The notes below the pieces were generated by a model. It worked only from the letters and a program-made list of their open reading frames with translations, searched no databases and had not been told where the DNA came from. A stretch of 64,000 nt of DNA from a virus, in IMG/VR virus record IMGVR_UViG_3300045988_130116; one strand, given 5' to 3'. Position 1 is the first letter of the stretch. Every line of letters starts with the position of its first letter. Position numbers and translations under genes: made by a program. Below, in pieces: positions 16,301 to 26,712 of this stretch.

Positions 16301-16477
16301 TTAATCATTAATAGTTAATGTATATAATATAAAAGCCAACATTGTGCAAGTTATTGAAATTATTAATATATTATCGGAATAAGGAAGTATAGTTGGGAAA
16401 AAGATTAATCCCAACGTATAGATTCCTAATAAAATTGCAATTATTAAATATATACTTGATAATTTTATTTTCTTCAT
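16301..16477 (-). CDS. small membrane protein (58 aa)
   Basis: ATG 16477 after AAGAAAGGATAGAGAT. Two hydrophobic helices. Confidence 0.5.
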   Translation of the reverse strand: MKKIKLSSIYLIIAILLGIYTLGLIFFPTILPYSDNILIISITCTMLAFILYTLTIND

Positions 16478-16481
16478 ATCT

Positions 16482-16820
16482 CTATCCTTTCTTAACAAAT
16501 TCGTATAATATACATATCAATTCTTCTCCAAGTTCCCAAGAAACATTTATTGCAATATAATTTTCTACTTCTTTATTGATTCTACAATTTATACCATCGT
16601 TTGCTAATAATCTTCTTGCGATTCTACCTAACTCACCACATATTGCAGTCTTACTCTCTGTTGTAAAAGGGTGTGACCACAAGCTCATTTCTGTTATAGA
16701 AAAGGGTAAAGAGGTATGAGTGCTTTTAATTTTTCTAACTTCGATTTTCGTAACTAAAGTCCACTCATTTAAATCTATTCCTGTGGCTTCATTAAATACA
16801 TTTCTTATGCTATAAAACAT
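16482..16820 (-). CDS. hypothetical protein (112 aa)
   Basis: Track ORF. ATG after GAAGGAGAATAAAT. Confidence 0.6.
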   Translation of the reverse strand: MFYSIRNVFNEATGIDLNEWTLVTKIEVRKIKSTHTSLPFSITEMSLWSHPFTTESKTAICGELGRIARRLLANDGINCRINKEVENYIAINVSWELGEELICILYEFVKKG

Positions 16821-16822
16821 AT

Positions 16823-17062
16823 TTATTCTCCTTCTAAATTATTGCTGTTCATATCTTTGAGAATAAATATACTATCTTTATCTCTTAAAACCGCATATTC
16901 TCCTGTATATACTAAGTCTCCACTCTTTTTTAATTTGATATATTACTCACTTTTAAAGAAATGCAACAATATTCTCCCATCCTTATCAAAATTAAAGAAA
17001 CAACGTTCTCCTATTAATTCTTTAAAGTATTCATGTTTACTATCTACAAATAATAAAACCAT
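16823..17062 (-). pseudogene. 79-codon frame interrupted by one in-frame TAA at codon 40
   Basis: ATG 17062 lies 8 nt after AAGGAG: MVLLFVDSKHEYFKELIGERCFFNFDKDGRILLHFFKSE, TAA (16943-16945), then the same frame stays open for 39 codons (YIKLKKSGDLVYTGEYAVLRDKDSIFILKDMNSNNLEGE) to TAA 16823. Confidence 0.4.
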
Positions 17063-17073
17063 AAAACCACTCC

Positions 17074-17523
17074 TTAACTTAATCTAATTATTCTTTGATT
17101 TTTACTTCCCCTAAAGGCTAAGGTTATATCTCTAAGCTCTTCTATGTATTTTCCGTCAACCAATACATCAACTAATTTTAAAACTTCATTATTTTTTATA
17201 TCTTCATATTTAAACCCAGTATATAACCAAATAGTGTGAGTTGGATTTTCCTTTTTATATTCTCTTAAAAAAGGGATCAGCTCTTTTGAACTATAAATAG
17301 GGTCTCCCCCACTAATAGTTATCCCATCTAACAAAGGGTTATCTTTACATTTTTTTATAAATTCTTTTTGTTTTTCTTTTGTAAATTCATAACCATAATC
17401 AAAATCCCATGTTTGAGGGTTATGGCAACCATGACAATGATGCAAACAACCACTTATGAAGAGGGTGTTTCTAATACCCTCTCCATCTACAACAGAATCA
17501 TAAATTATTCCACTTATGTTCAT
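17074..17523 (-). CDS. nrdG: anaerobic ribonucleotide reductase activating protein
   Basis: CLHHCHGCHNPQTW radical-SAM cluster motif, 149 aa. Start overlaps the nrdD stop. Confidence 0.88.
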   Translation of the reverse strand: MNISGIIYDSVVDGEGIRNTLFISGCLHHCHGCHNPQTWDFDYGYEFTKEKQKEFIKKCKDNPLLDGITISGGDPIYSSKELIPFLREYKKENPTHTIWLYTGFKYEDIKNNEVLKLVDVLVDGKYIEELRDITLAFRGSKNQRIIRLS

Positions 17524-19784
17524 TATATTCCTCCTAAAGAATGTTTGACTCTATCATGTACTTCTTCTATTTTCCCGTCATTAAATTTTCTATAGTCTGT
17601 TGTCAAGTACCCAGTTACCCTTCTAAGTCTTTCTATTTCATCACTACCACATTGAGGGCATTTATCATTTATTTCAGAAGAATAACCACATTTTATACAA
17701 GTGTCTATTGGAAAGTTTAATGCGAAATACGATACATTCTTATCCATAGCATAATCAATTATTTTTTCAATAGCTTTAAGATTATTCATCATACTAGATT
17801 CTAATTCAACATACATTATATTCCCACCAGTAGCTAATTCGCTAAAAGGTGCTTCTTTATTAATCTTATCTACGATAGATGTTTCATCATAAACTGGTAT
17901 ATGATGAGAGTTAGTTATGTACTTTCTATCTGTTACACCTTTTATTATTCCATATCTTTCTACCAAGTTATTTCTTAGTGTTTTACAACAATTTTCGGCA
18001 GGAGTAGCATAGCAACTAAAGTTTAATGAATTTCTTTTAGAACATTCTTTTGTAAAATCATATATTCTTTTAACAATATCATATGCGAATTTATATACTT
18101 CATCGTTATTGGTTTGTGTTTCTCCAAACATAGCTACCATTGTTTCTGCGATACCTATATATCCTACTGCTAAAGTTCCATGCTTCATAGATTCTTTAAC
18201 ATTTTCTTCTAATTCTAACTTTCTTCCTATATTATTTTTCATTAATCCATTTTGGTGTAAGAAAAATCCACTTTTAGCCTTTTGGGAACATATCCATTCA
18301 TATCTGTCTAATAAAGCTTTTTCAGATAATTTAAGTATACCGTCTAAATCTTTCCAAAATCCTTTTATATTGGCTTCTTTTCTTTCTCCTAAACATATTC
18401 CGTTTTTTATGCCAATATCAACTAGGTTTATTGTAACAGGAGATATATTTCCTCTACCACCTTTACTCCAACCTAGACCATTTATATCGTATCCTACGGT
18501 CGTCCTACAACCCATAGTAGAAAATTCCTCATCGGGACACCCTATTGTATCTTGATAAGATATATCTACATTACAAAAGTTAGGATATATTCTTTTACTT
18601 AAACTTTCTATAGCTAATAATTTCAAGTCATAATTAGGAGTTCCTTCTTTATCATTAACTCCCTTTTTATATTTAAATATTGAGATTGGGAAGATAGATG
18701 TTCTATGGAACTTTCCTATACCGTTTATACTAGCTTGTAATAGTGATTTAGAAACTAATCGTCCTTCAGGAGAAGTATCTGTACCAAAATTTATAGATGT
18801 AAATGGAACTTGGCTTCCCGCTCTTGATTCAAGAGTATTTAAGTTATGATAAAGACTTTCTGCTCCTTGCATAGTCTTTTTAATTGTGTGTCTCTCTGCA
18901 ACTTTATACTCTTTTGGATAATATTCTTTTAGATAAGAACTTTCTAATTTAACTTTATCTTTAATTTCTTCAACTATCTCTTTAGCTTTTGGTTCAGTTA
19001 TGTCTCTTAAATCGACTAGAGCATCAATAAAAGCCTTTCTAAAAGTTATTGCCACATATGGTGCTGCATCATAATCTATTTTATTTGCCCCAACTCCGCC
19101 ATATTGTACTTGACTTTCACATTGAAAAACAACTGCGACAAGTTGGAAGAAGGTCATAATATCGTTCGGTTTTCTTACATCACCATTTCTTGTTTCAAAA
19201 CCTTTGTTATTATCAAATAAATCTTGAAAGTCTATAAACAAACAATTGTGTTGTCCACAACAATAACTATCTAAATCATGTGTATATAATCTACCTTCTC
19301 TATGTGCTTTAGCTACCTCTTTATCCATTAAATTGTTTAAAGCATATTCCTTTAAGAAGTAAGAAGTAATTTTGGCATTTTTACCACTAAAAGAACCTTC
19401 ATCTACATTCGCATTAGCATTTTCAATATTTTTCATTTCCATAATATTTTTAATCTGTTTTTGAGATTCGTCATATAATCTTGATTGTTCTTCTCTTATT
19501 CTTCTTTTATTATCTCTATAAAGGATATAGGCTTTAGCAGTATTCTTTAATCCTCTTTCCATAAGTTTAAATTCAACTAAATCCTGTATATCTTCTATTC
19601 CTATATATTCATCATCAATCTCTTCGCAAACGTCATCTGCTACTAATCTTGATAAAGCTATTACTTGTGAGTTTTTACATTCTTTTGTTTCAACCAATGC
19701 TTTTCTTATAGCTACCCTAATCTTTTCTTTATCAAATTCTTCAATAGAACCATTTCTTTTAATTACAAACATTAATAACTTCAT
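17523..19784 (-). CDS. nrdD: anaerobic (class III) ribonucleoside-triphosphate reductase
   Basis: ATP-cone start VIKRNGSIEEFDKEKI. C-terminal Zn site CIKCGY..CPQCGS and glycyl-radical motif RRVTGYL. Start is ATG 19784 or 19772 (track start 19832 overlaps the upstream gene). Confidence 0.92.
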   Translation of the reverse strand: MKLLMFVIKRNGSIEEFDKEKIRVAIRKALVETKECKNSQVIALSRLVADDVCEEIDDEYIGIEDIQDLVEFKLMERGLKNTAKAYILYRDNKRRIREEQSRLYDESQKQIKNIMEMKNIENANANVDEGSFSGKNAKITSYFLKEYALNNLMDKEVAKAHREGRLYTHDLDSYCCGQHNCLFIDFQDLFDNNKGFETRNGDVRKPNDIMTFFQLVAVVFQCESQVQYGGVGANKIDYDAAPYVAITFRKAFIDALVDLRDITEPKAKEIVEEIKDKVKLESSYLKEYYPKEYKVAERHTIKKTMQGAESLYHNLNTLESRAGSQVPFTSINFGTDTSPEGRLVSKSLLQASINGIGKFHRTSIFPISIFKYKKGVNDKEGTPNYDLKLLAIESLSKRIYPNFCNVDISYQDTIGCPDEEFSTMGCRTTVGYDINGLGWSKGGRGNISPVTINLVDIGIKNGICLGERKEANIKGFWKDLDGILKLSEKALLDRYEWICSQKAKSGFFLHQNGLMKNNIGRKLELEENVKESMKHGTLAVGYIGIAETMVAMFGETQTNNDEVYKFAYDIVKRIYDFTKECSKRNSLNFSCYATPAENCCKTLRNNLVERYGIIKGVTDRKYITNSHHIPVYDETSIVDKINKEAPFSELATGGNIMYVELESSMMNNLKAIEKIIDYAMDKNVSYFALNFPIDTCIKCGYSSEINDKCPQCGSDEIERLRRVTGYLTTDYRKFNDGKIEEVHDRVKHSLGGI

Positions 19785-19800
19785 TTCCTTTCTGTTTATT

Positions 19801-20067
19801 TTAGCCTTCATATTTCTCTGACAATTCATCAAAATCCCTCTCTAAAATGTCATAATTTCCTTTTAACTCGTCATAATTTTCTTTCAGTCTATCATAATCC
19901 CATTTTAAGTCATCGTATTTCTCCTCCAATTCATTGTGTTCTTTTTCTAAAAATTGCATTTCATAACTTAAATCTACATAATCTTTCTCCATTTCTTTAT
20001 ATTCGTCTAATTCAATATATAAGTCATTAAGTCTTTCTAATAATTGTTCTCTTGAGAGTCCGTTCAT
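19801..20067 (-). CDS. acidic coiled-coil protein (88 aa)
   Basis: Track ORF. Heptad-like E/D/K/L-rich sequence. Confidence 0.6.
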   Translation of the reverse strand: MNGLSREQLLERLNDLYIELDEYKEMEKDYVDLSYEMQFLEKEHNELEEKYDDLKWDYDRLKENYDELKGNYDILERDFDELSEKYEG

Positions 20068-20090
20068 ATCATCGCCCTTTCTATATTTAT

Positions 20091-20119
20091 ATTATACCAT
20101 ATTTTAATAATGTTGTCAA
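20091..20119 (-). promoter_or_regulatory. sigma-A promoter (family copy)
   Basis: TTGACAACATTATTAAAATATGGTATAAT. Precedes 20067. Confidence 0.75.
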
Positions 20120-20979
20120 CTGTTTTTTATATTTGTTATTAATACTTCTTTGATACTTTTAACTCCTTTTCTATTTTGACCTGTCCCTGTTGTGTTGGAC
20201 AATTCTATTACTTGATAATCATTCTCATTGATTATATCATTTAACTCTTTATACATAACACCGTCTCTTTCAAGATAATTAAAATATATAAAATCACATT
20301 TATTTCTATCTAATAGAGCTAGTAAATAATCATTATGTTTTTTGCTAAAGTCTACATTATACATTTCATCCATTAAAATATATGGCGGATCTAATATAAA
20401 TAAATCTTTCTCATTGGGAGAAATATTTAATATATCTTCTGTAAAAAATTCATAATTATTTTTATTTAATTCTATATTTAAATCATTTAATCCATTTACT
20501 ATTATTTTCTTCATAGTATCTGTAAAAAATTCAGTCTTCTTACCCAACCCTCTGAATCCTTGATTAAATTCTCCTTTAGAATTAAATCTAACCATAGAAT
20601 TGCTACACATTTTCAATAATAAGGCTGTTTCATATATAAAAGCATCATCAAACCTATTATTTTTATATTTTTTATTCCAATACTCTCTAAAATTATAATA
20701 ATCCTCTTTACTGCTAAATCTATTCCATTGATTTAATATAATTTCAATTTGATGTATATTAAAGTTATCTATAACCCTAATACGTTCATATATATATGGT
20801 AACAGTCTATTCTTATCATTGCCAATAAACCTATTAGCATTACATTCTAAATTTAAAAGTATATTCCCTGACCCCATAAAACAATCTACAACATCGTTAT
20901 ACTTTTTATCTCTTACCAAATCATTTATTATCTCTATATATTTATATTTATTTCCCACCCAATTAAATGGTGATTTCAT
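20116..20979 (-). CDS. dam: DNA N6-adenine methyltransferase (Dam/D12 class)
   Basis: FNWVGNKYKY, FMGSGN and catalytic LDPPYI. ATG 20979 after AGGAGGACTCATT. Confidence 0.85.
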   Translation of the reverse strand: MKSPFNWVGNKYKYIEIINDLVRDKKYNDVVDCFMGSGNILLNLECNANRFIGNDKNRLLPYIYERIRVIDNFNIHQIEIILNQWNRFSSKEDYYNFREYWNKKYKNNRFDDAFIYETALLLKMCSNSMVRFNSKGEFNQGFRGLGKKTEFFTDTMKKIIVNGLNDLNIELNKNNYEFFTEDILNISPNEKDLFILDPPYILMDEMYNVDFSKKHNDYLLALLDRNKCDFIYFNYLERDGVMYKELNDIINENDYQVIELSNTTGTGQNRKGVKSIKEVLITNIKNS

Positions 20980-21062
20980 AATGAGTCCTCCTATTAACAT
21001 TATATTTATTTCTTTATAAATTTTTATTTAACTGAACTTCACCTCCTTCCTTTTATATTTAT

Positions 21063-21091
21063 ATTATATCATATTTTAATACTATTGTCAA
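21063..21091 (-). promoter_or_regulatory. sigma-A promoter (family copy)
   Basis: TTGACAATAGTATTAAAATATGATATAAT. ~85-nt leader to dam. Confidence 0.75.
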
Positions 21092-21093
21092 CC

Positions 21094-22974
21094 CTAAATA
21101 ACAAAACAATTATTTTTCTTATTTATGATTCCTATTTTTTTACTTACCCCACTAAATAAGAAATCCTCTTCTGCCGTAAATTTTAGTTGAGCCTTTGCAT
21201 CAGTACTTCCATGATGAATTAGTATCCTGCTACAATTCATACCCTTCATATAAGAAATTAATTCTTTTCTTTGTATATGCCCTGTAAAACTATTATATAC
21301 ATTAACTTCACATCTTATAGGAATGCTCTTATTCTCTATTGTTACTGATTTAGCCCCTCTTTGAATTTTACCACCTAGAGTCCTTTCAGAACAATATCCT
21401 ATAAAGCATATACAATCTTGCTTTCTAGGAAGAATATGTTTGGCATATGCAACAGAATGACCACCTGCCAACATACCTGAAGAAGATATTATAACACAAG
21501 GATTCTTCGTTTGTCTTGCCATCAATTCTGTTTTCTTATATTCGTCAATAAATATGAAATTATCCCAAGACATTACTTCTTTCCAACGATTTAATAATTC
21601 TCCTTGCAGTGTCTTTTCATACACTTTATTAATCTCATTTGTTAACCTTGAATCTACTATAACTTTAATATTTTTAAATTCTTCTTCGTCTTTAAAAGTA
21701 TGATACAACAAATCCATTATAGACTGACTTCTGTCAAAGCTAAAACAAGGTATAAGTATTCTATTCCCTTTATAAGTAACTTCTCTAATCTTATTAAGTA
21801 ATCCTTCTACATCTTTTTCTACATCTTTTTTTGAAAACCCTCTGTCTCCATAAGTACTTTCAAAGATTGCGATATTTGCCTTAGAAACATTTCTTCTTTC
21901 ATCACAATAAGGTTTATATTGTTGATTATAGCTAGAGCCTAAATCAGATGAATAAAATATTTTTACTATTCGACCACTTGGCTTTTTAATAAATATCTCT
22001 AAGGAAGTGCTACCAAAACAATGGTTATTAGAAACAAATCTAAAAGATAAATTAGAATTAATTTTATGCATTGTTTCCCTATCATATATTTTGATTTTAT
22101 CTAAAATTCTAAATACATCAGATTCATCATATAGCATTTCGTATTTTTTGCCTTTGCTATTCATACTCATTATGTTTCTTCTTTGTATAAAAGCCGAGTC
22201 AAGCAACATAGGACTTAATAGTTGAGCAGTTTCATAAGTAGTGACAATATTTCCGTCAAACCCTCTTGTAATTCCACTCGGTATATTGGCAACATGATCA
22301 GCATGACAATGACATACAAATACATTACTCGCTAGATTAAAAGGTATGTTATCTACCATTTTTTTATTGGCATTAAAATCTTCCACTATTCTATTTGTTT
22401 GTATACTCCCACACTCTAACAGAATTAGGTCTCTTCCTCCGTTATCTAATGGATATTCTATAGCAAAACATGAACCTGTAACATCTTCTGTTGAACCACC
22501 TAAAGAAGTAATAATTATTTTATTTTTATATTTTTTGTTATTAGCAAAATGATGTTTAAATTTTTTCTTTTCAACTATCATTAAATTTTCTTTTCTATTA
22601 TCCAATATATTCCCATTTACATATTCAATTTTATTATCTGTGTCCATTAAAAGGCTAGGCAAATCAAATGTATATCTATCTGTAGAGCCAACTATATGTT
22701 TACCTACCTTTTTCCAAACTACATTCTTTACTATATCTATATCTTCAATATCTATTAAGATTTTTTCTTCTATCTCTTCTTGATAAATGTCATATAGAAC
22801 AATTTCTGCATAATCATTGTGGATTCTAATTTCATTAGGTTCATTCTCTGTTCGGTCACTTGTTGTTATACAGAACCCAAATTCATTATATTCATTTAAA
22901 TGTTTTTCGCATAACATCTTTTTATTTTTATGTTTTAACTCTCTTCCACAAACTTTACATACTAATTTGTCCAT
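21094..22974 (-). CDS. metallo-beta-lactamase / beta-CASP nuclease with N-terminal Zn-knuckle and degenerate HNH-like segment
   Basis: HCHADH (HxHxDH). Later SSSGMLAGGHS and IHHGS blocks. N-terminus has CKVCGREL..CEKH and EYVNGNILDNRKENL. Confidence 0.75.
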   Translation of the reverse strand: MDKLVCKVCGRELKHKNKKMLCEKHLNEYNEFGFCITTSDRTENEPNEIRIHNDYAEIVLYDIYQEEIEEKILIDIEDIDIVKNVVWKKVGKHIVGSTDRYTFDLPSLLMDTDNKIEYVNGNILDNRKENLMIVEKKKFKHHFANNKKYKNKIIITSLGGSTEDVTGSCFAIEYPLDNGGRDLILLECGSIQTNRIVEDFNANKKMVDNIPFNLASNVFVCHCHADHVANIPSGITRGFDGNIVTTYETAQLLSPMLLDSAFIQRRNIMSMNSKGKKYEMLYDESDVFRILDKIKIYDRETMHKINSNLSFRFVSNNHCFGSTSLEIFIKKPSGRIVKIFYSSDLGSSYNQQYKPYCDERRNVSKANIAIFESTYGDRGFSKKDVEKDVEGLLNKIREVTYKGNRILIPCFSFDRSQSIMDLLYHTFKDEEEFKNIKVIVDSRLTNEINKVYEKTLQGELLNRWKEVMSWDNFIFIDEYKKTELMARQTKNPCVIISSSGMLAGGHSVAYAKHILPRKQDCICFIGYCSERTLGGKIQRGAKSVTIENKSIPIRCEVNVYNSFTGHIQRKELISYMKGMNCSRILIHHGSTDAKAQLKFTAEEDFLFSGVSKKIGIINKKNNCFVI

Positions 22975-23002
22975 GTAATTATCAACTCTTTCTTATTTAT
23001 AT

Positions 23003-26000
23003 TTATGCTACTTCAAAATCTGTGATATAATAGTCAACAGTTTTACTTTTTTTATTTTTTCTAGGTACAAATCCATATAAATATAATACTTCTTCTTTTG
23101 TAAAAGGGCATTGATTATATATCTTTTTATCCATTTTAAAAGTTTTTACATTTCCGCTATAGAAACAGAATAATGTAACAACAACATTATAGTTATAAAC
23201 TTTTAAGTCTGATATGAAACAAGCATTTTTATCCATTTGTTTATATGGCACTGCATTAAATCCGCCTGTATATTCTATTTCATCTTTTATTAATTGAACA
23301 ACGTCATCTTCTGTATCTTCTAAAGTCAACTCTATATCCTTTATAAAAGAAATATAATTTATAGTTAAAGTTTTAGCAGTTTCTTTAGTAGCATTTTTTT
23401 CTGCAAGTTCTTTATAAGTCATATATAATTCAATATCTTTAGTTTTAGACATTGTTTTTTTATCACCTTTATCTTTATATAGTTCAAATACTTTAAGAAG
23501 TTTACTTATACTACCAAATTTTGAAAAATACCCTAACTTTATCAATATTAAAATACATCTATTTCCTATTGATTTAATATCACATAATAATTCTGTAAAA
23601 GTTTTATATTCCTTGCTTTGACTTAATTCATATAAGAAGTCGGCTTTCTGTTCATTTAAATATTTAAGAGAACCAACACCTTTATATATTGTTCTAGTTT
23701 CTTTATCAAAAGAGTATTCTGCTTTAGAATATCCAAATTTAGGAGTTTGTATCTTAATATTAAAATATTTACATTCGTTGATAAGTCTTGGGGTTCTACT
23801 TAAATCATCTTTATACTGATTTAATGCAACGGTATAATATTCTAAAGGATAATGAGATTTTAAATATGCTCCATATAAGCTATCATAAGCATAACTAAGT
23901 GAATGTGATGCATTAAAACTATAGGATGCTGAATCGTTAATTACTTGCCATGTTTCTTCAAATCCCTCTTCTTTCCCAACAACTTTATTCCAACCTTGAC
24001 GTAACTTAGTTTTTAATTCCTTTAATTCTTTTTCTTTAAATTTCTTTTTACTAATTTTTTTTATAATTGTATATGTTTCTGATTCTGGGATTCCTAACCA
24101 AATCAAGTATTTCATAATAGATTCTTGATACATAAGATAATGGTAACTATCTTCCAATAAATCATCTAATTCTTTCACTCCTGTTGTATACGGCTTTCTA
24201 TTAATAAACCCTTCTAACAATGAGGCAAATCCCGGACGAATTGCGGCTACAAATGCACTCATTTCTGCTACTGATTTAGGTTTATATTTCATAACTAAAG
24301 GAGTCGCAAAATTACTATCTGCTTGATTTATTGTACAAGTTAATCCATTTTCATAAATCTTCCAAGTTTTTTCGTCCAATAGATTAGTTAATTCTTGTGT
24401 GCTTGGAATGTCAATTCCTATTAATTCACATACTTTATATATAATTTTATAAACAGATACGGCAAGTATGTCATTTTTTAAGAATTTATATCTATCACAG
24501 TTTATTCCGTCTATATTACAACATATAATATCTCCGACTTTTAATAATCCAATTTGTTGACTAATTGGCTCTGATAGTAAAAGAGTACTACATGGAGATT
24601 GCGATATAGCTTCTACAACTCCTACAAAATGTTTACTTTCTTCTATAATATCCTTCCACTCTTTATCTTCTCTGTATTCATCTAAATTTTTAGCAATTTC
24701 ATCATATTCTTCAACTTCCATATCAATAGCTTTACAATATAATCTAAACGCACTTGCATCCTGTAATGGTTTAAAACTAACCATCCATTGACAATTATCC
24801 TCTCCTAATAACTCTTTAGAAGCATCTATGAAAGGTTGTTGAAAAGCAACGTTTGTATCAATATCTGGGAGCGATTTACTCTGAAGTATTCTTGTAGCAC
24901 TCATAAATCTTGAAGGATATAATGTAATAGGAGAGTTGAGTCTATCCAAAGAAGTAAATCCTAATAATTTGTTTATATAAAAGCTTGGAGCGGAACCCCT
25001 TGAACTTTTTGTGATAATTCCACTATATTTATTCACTGCTAAATGAACCATTTTATAATTGATTAAAAAATATTCGTGCATTTTAGTTTCTTCAATAACT
25101 TTCCATTCTTCTTTTATAGCTTGTATATATTCTTCTTTTCTTTTAATGCTTATGTGGTTTTTTTTAATTTCTTTTTCAAATTCTTTTTTTATTATACCCC
25201 CTAATTCTTTAGAAGGATTATCTGATATATAGGGCATTTTAATTTCATAATCAAATTCTATTCCTTCTAAAGAATCAAATATAAGAGTATTATCTAAGGC
25301 TATTTTTGCTTGTTCTCTTGTTAATATTCCTTGATTTTCATATCTCTTTAGAATAGTTTCATAATTAGGATAATCTAATATAAAACTATCCTCTTCTCCA
25401 TAAGTAATCCCTTTTGCTTTTAAAAATAAATTTCTATATTTACTATCTTTTTCATAGATATAATGACTATCATTAGCATGAATTATTGGAATATTATATT
25501 TTTTAGAGTATTCTAACAATCTTTTATTATATTCTTTTTGACTTTCAACGTTATGATTTTGAACCTCAAGATAAAAATTATCTTTAAAATATTCTTTCAT
25601 TTTTATTATCCAGTCTTCTGCTCCCTCTATATCTCTAAGTCTCGATGCTATACAGGCAGTAGTTATAACAACATCATTAGGATTTAATTTAAAAATTAAT
25701 TCATCGTCTACTCTAGGTTTATAATAAAATCCTGTAGTATTTGCTTCTGACATTATAGAATTAATTTGCTTATAACCATTTTTATTTTTTGCTATTATAA
25801 TTAAATGATAATTTCTTCTGTCTTTTTCAAATCTGTCTGGGACATAATAAGCTTCAACCCCTGCTATTAATTTAACTCCGTGTTCTTTGCATAATGTATA
25901 ATATTCATATATATTTCCTTGATACCCATGATTAGTTGAAAAAAATATTGCTTTATCCCCGTCTAATTCTTTTGCTCTTTGAATATATTCTAAAGGTGAA

Positions 26001-26068
26001 ACAACTACATCTAAACTTTTAATATTCCCATAATAATCATGCTTATGATAATTATTGTAACGCTTCAT
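23003..26068 (-). CDS. dnaE: DNA polymerase III alpha subunit (DnaE-like)
   Basis: PHP domain start (YHKHDYYGN..STNHGY), palm LPDIDTNV, 1021 aa. Confidence 0.88.
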   Translation of the reverse strand: MKRYNNYHKHDYYGNIKSLDVVVSPLEYIQRAKELDGDKAIFFSTNHGYQGNIYEYYTLCKEHGVKLIAGVEAYYVPDRFEKDRRNYHLIIIAKNKNGYKQINSIMSEANTTGFYYKPRVDDELIFKLNPNDVVITTACIASRLRDIEGAEDWIIKMKEYFKDNFYLEVQNHNVESQKEYNKRLLEYSKKYNIPIIHANDSHYIYEKDSKYRNLFLKAKGITYGEEDSFILDYPNYETILKRYENQGILTREQAKIALDNTLIFDSLEGIEFDYEIKMPYISDNPSKELGGIIKKEFEKEIKKNHISIKRKEEYIQAIKEEWKVIEETKMHEYFLINYKMVHLAVNKYSGIITKSSRGSAPSFYINKLLGFTSLDRLNSPITLYPSRFMSATRILQSKSLPDIDTNVAFQQPFIDASKELLGEDNCQWMVSFKPLQDASAFRLYCKAIDMEVEEYDEIAKNLDEYREDKEWKDIIEESKHFVGVVEAISQSPCSTLLLSEPISQQIGLLKVGDIICCNIDGINCDRYKFLKNDILAVSVYKIIYKVCELIGIDIPSTQELTNLLDEKTWKIYENGLTCTINQADSNFATPLVMKYKPKSVAEMSAFVAAIRPGFASLLEGFINRKPYTTGVKELDDLLEDSYHYLMYQESIMKYLIWLGIPESETYTIIKKISKKKFKEKELKELKTKLRQGWNKVVGKEEGFEETWQVINDSASYSFNASHSLSYAYDSLYGAYLKSHYPLEYYTVALNQYKDDLSRTPRLINECKYFNIKIQTPKFGYSKAEYSFDKETRTIYKGVGSLKYLNEQKADFLYELSQSKEYKTFTELLCDIKSIGNRCILILIKLGYFSKFGSISKLLKVFELYKDKGDKKTMSKTKDIELYMTYKELAEKNATKETAKTLTINYISFIKDIELTLEDTEDDVVQLIKDEIEYTGGFNAVPYKQMDKNACFISDLKVYNYNVVVTLFCFYSGNVKTFKMDKKIYNQCPFTKEEVLYLYGFVPRKNKKSKTVDYYITDFEVA

Positions 26069-26645
26069 TTACTTCATCCCCTAAAGACATTAAAAATTGT
26101 ACGGTTTTTATTAAATCATCTGCTTCTTCAAAACTATTAATTCTTCTTTCATCTTGAATTTGTTTATTATGTTGTGCCGTCATTAATAAATCCATTCCAT
26201 ATGGGTTATGTAAACTCCATTTTTCGAGATTGTCTAAATTATCATCAATTAAAACATCTCCACTTATAACATATTTTTCTTTGCAAGGTATAAAATGAGA
26301 TAAGTCAAATTTTGGAATATAAGTTTTTAACCATTTAAGCTTATCTCTGTAGGACTGGTAACGATTACAACAATCTGATACTATAAATACATCATATCCC
26401 TCATCAATCCATTTATTTATATACTCTATACTATCTAACTTGGGAGTAATCATAGTTAAAATATTTGTTAATTCAAGTACTGAAAATAATCCATATTCAA
26501 AACTACTCGGTATAACCCATTCAGTAACTTCTTTTATTGAATGATTTGTTCCATATGTTTTATTATATTCATTGATAACTTCTTCTAGGAAATTAGTTAT
26601 TGTATCATCCATATCAATTAAAATTCTAAAGTCTTTATTTTCCAT
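26052..26645 (-). CDS. HAD-family 5'(3')-deoxyribonucleotidase-like phosphatase
   Basis: Motif I ILIDMDDTITNF, motif IV VLIDDN. ATG 26645 after GAGAGGAG. Track start 26756 overlaps the upstream gene. Confidence 0.7.
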   Translation of the reverse strand: MENKDFRILIDMDDTITNFLEEVINEYNKTYGTNHSIKEVTEWVIPSSFEYGLFSVLELTNILTMITPKLDSIEYINKWIDEGYDVFIVSDCCNRYQSYRDKLKWLKTYIPKFDLSHFIPCKEKYVISGDVLIDDNLDNLEKWSLHNPYGMDLLMTAQHNKQIQDERRINSFEEADDLIKTVQFLMSLGDEVNEALQ

Positions 26646-26678
26646 ATATTTTTTCTCCTCTCTCGTTTCTATACTTAT

Positions 26679-26707
26679 ATTATACCATATTATAACAATG
26701 TTGTCAA
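26679..26707 (-). promoter_or_regulatory. sigma-A promoter (family copy)
   Basis: TTGACAACATTGTTATAATATGGTATAAT. Precedes 26645. Confidence 0.7.
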
Positions 26708-26712
26708 GTGCT

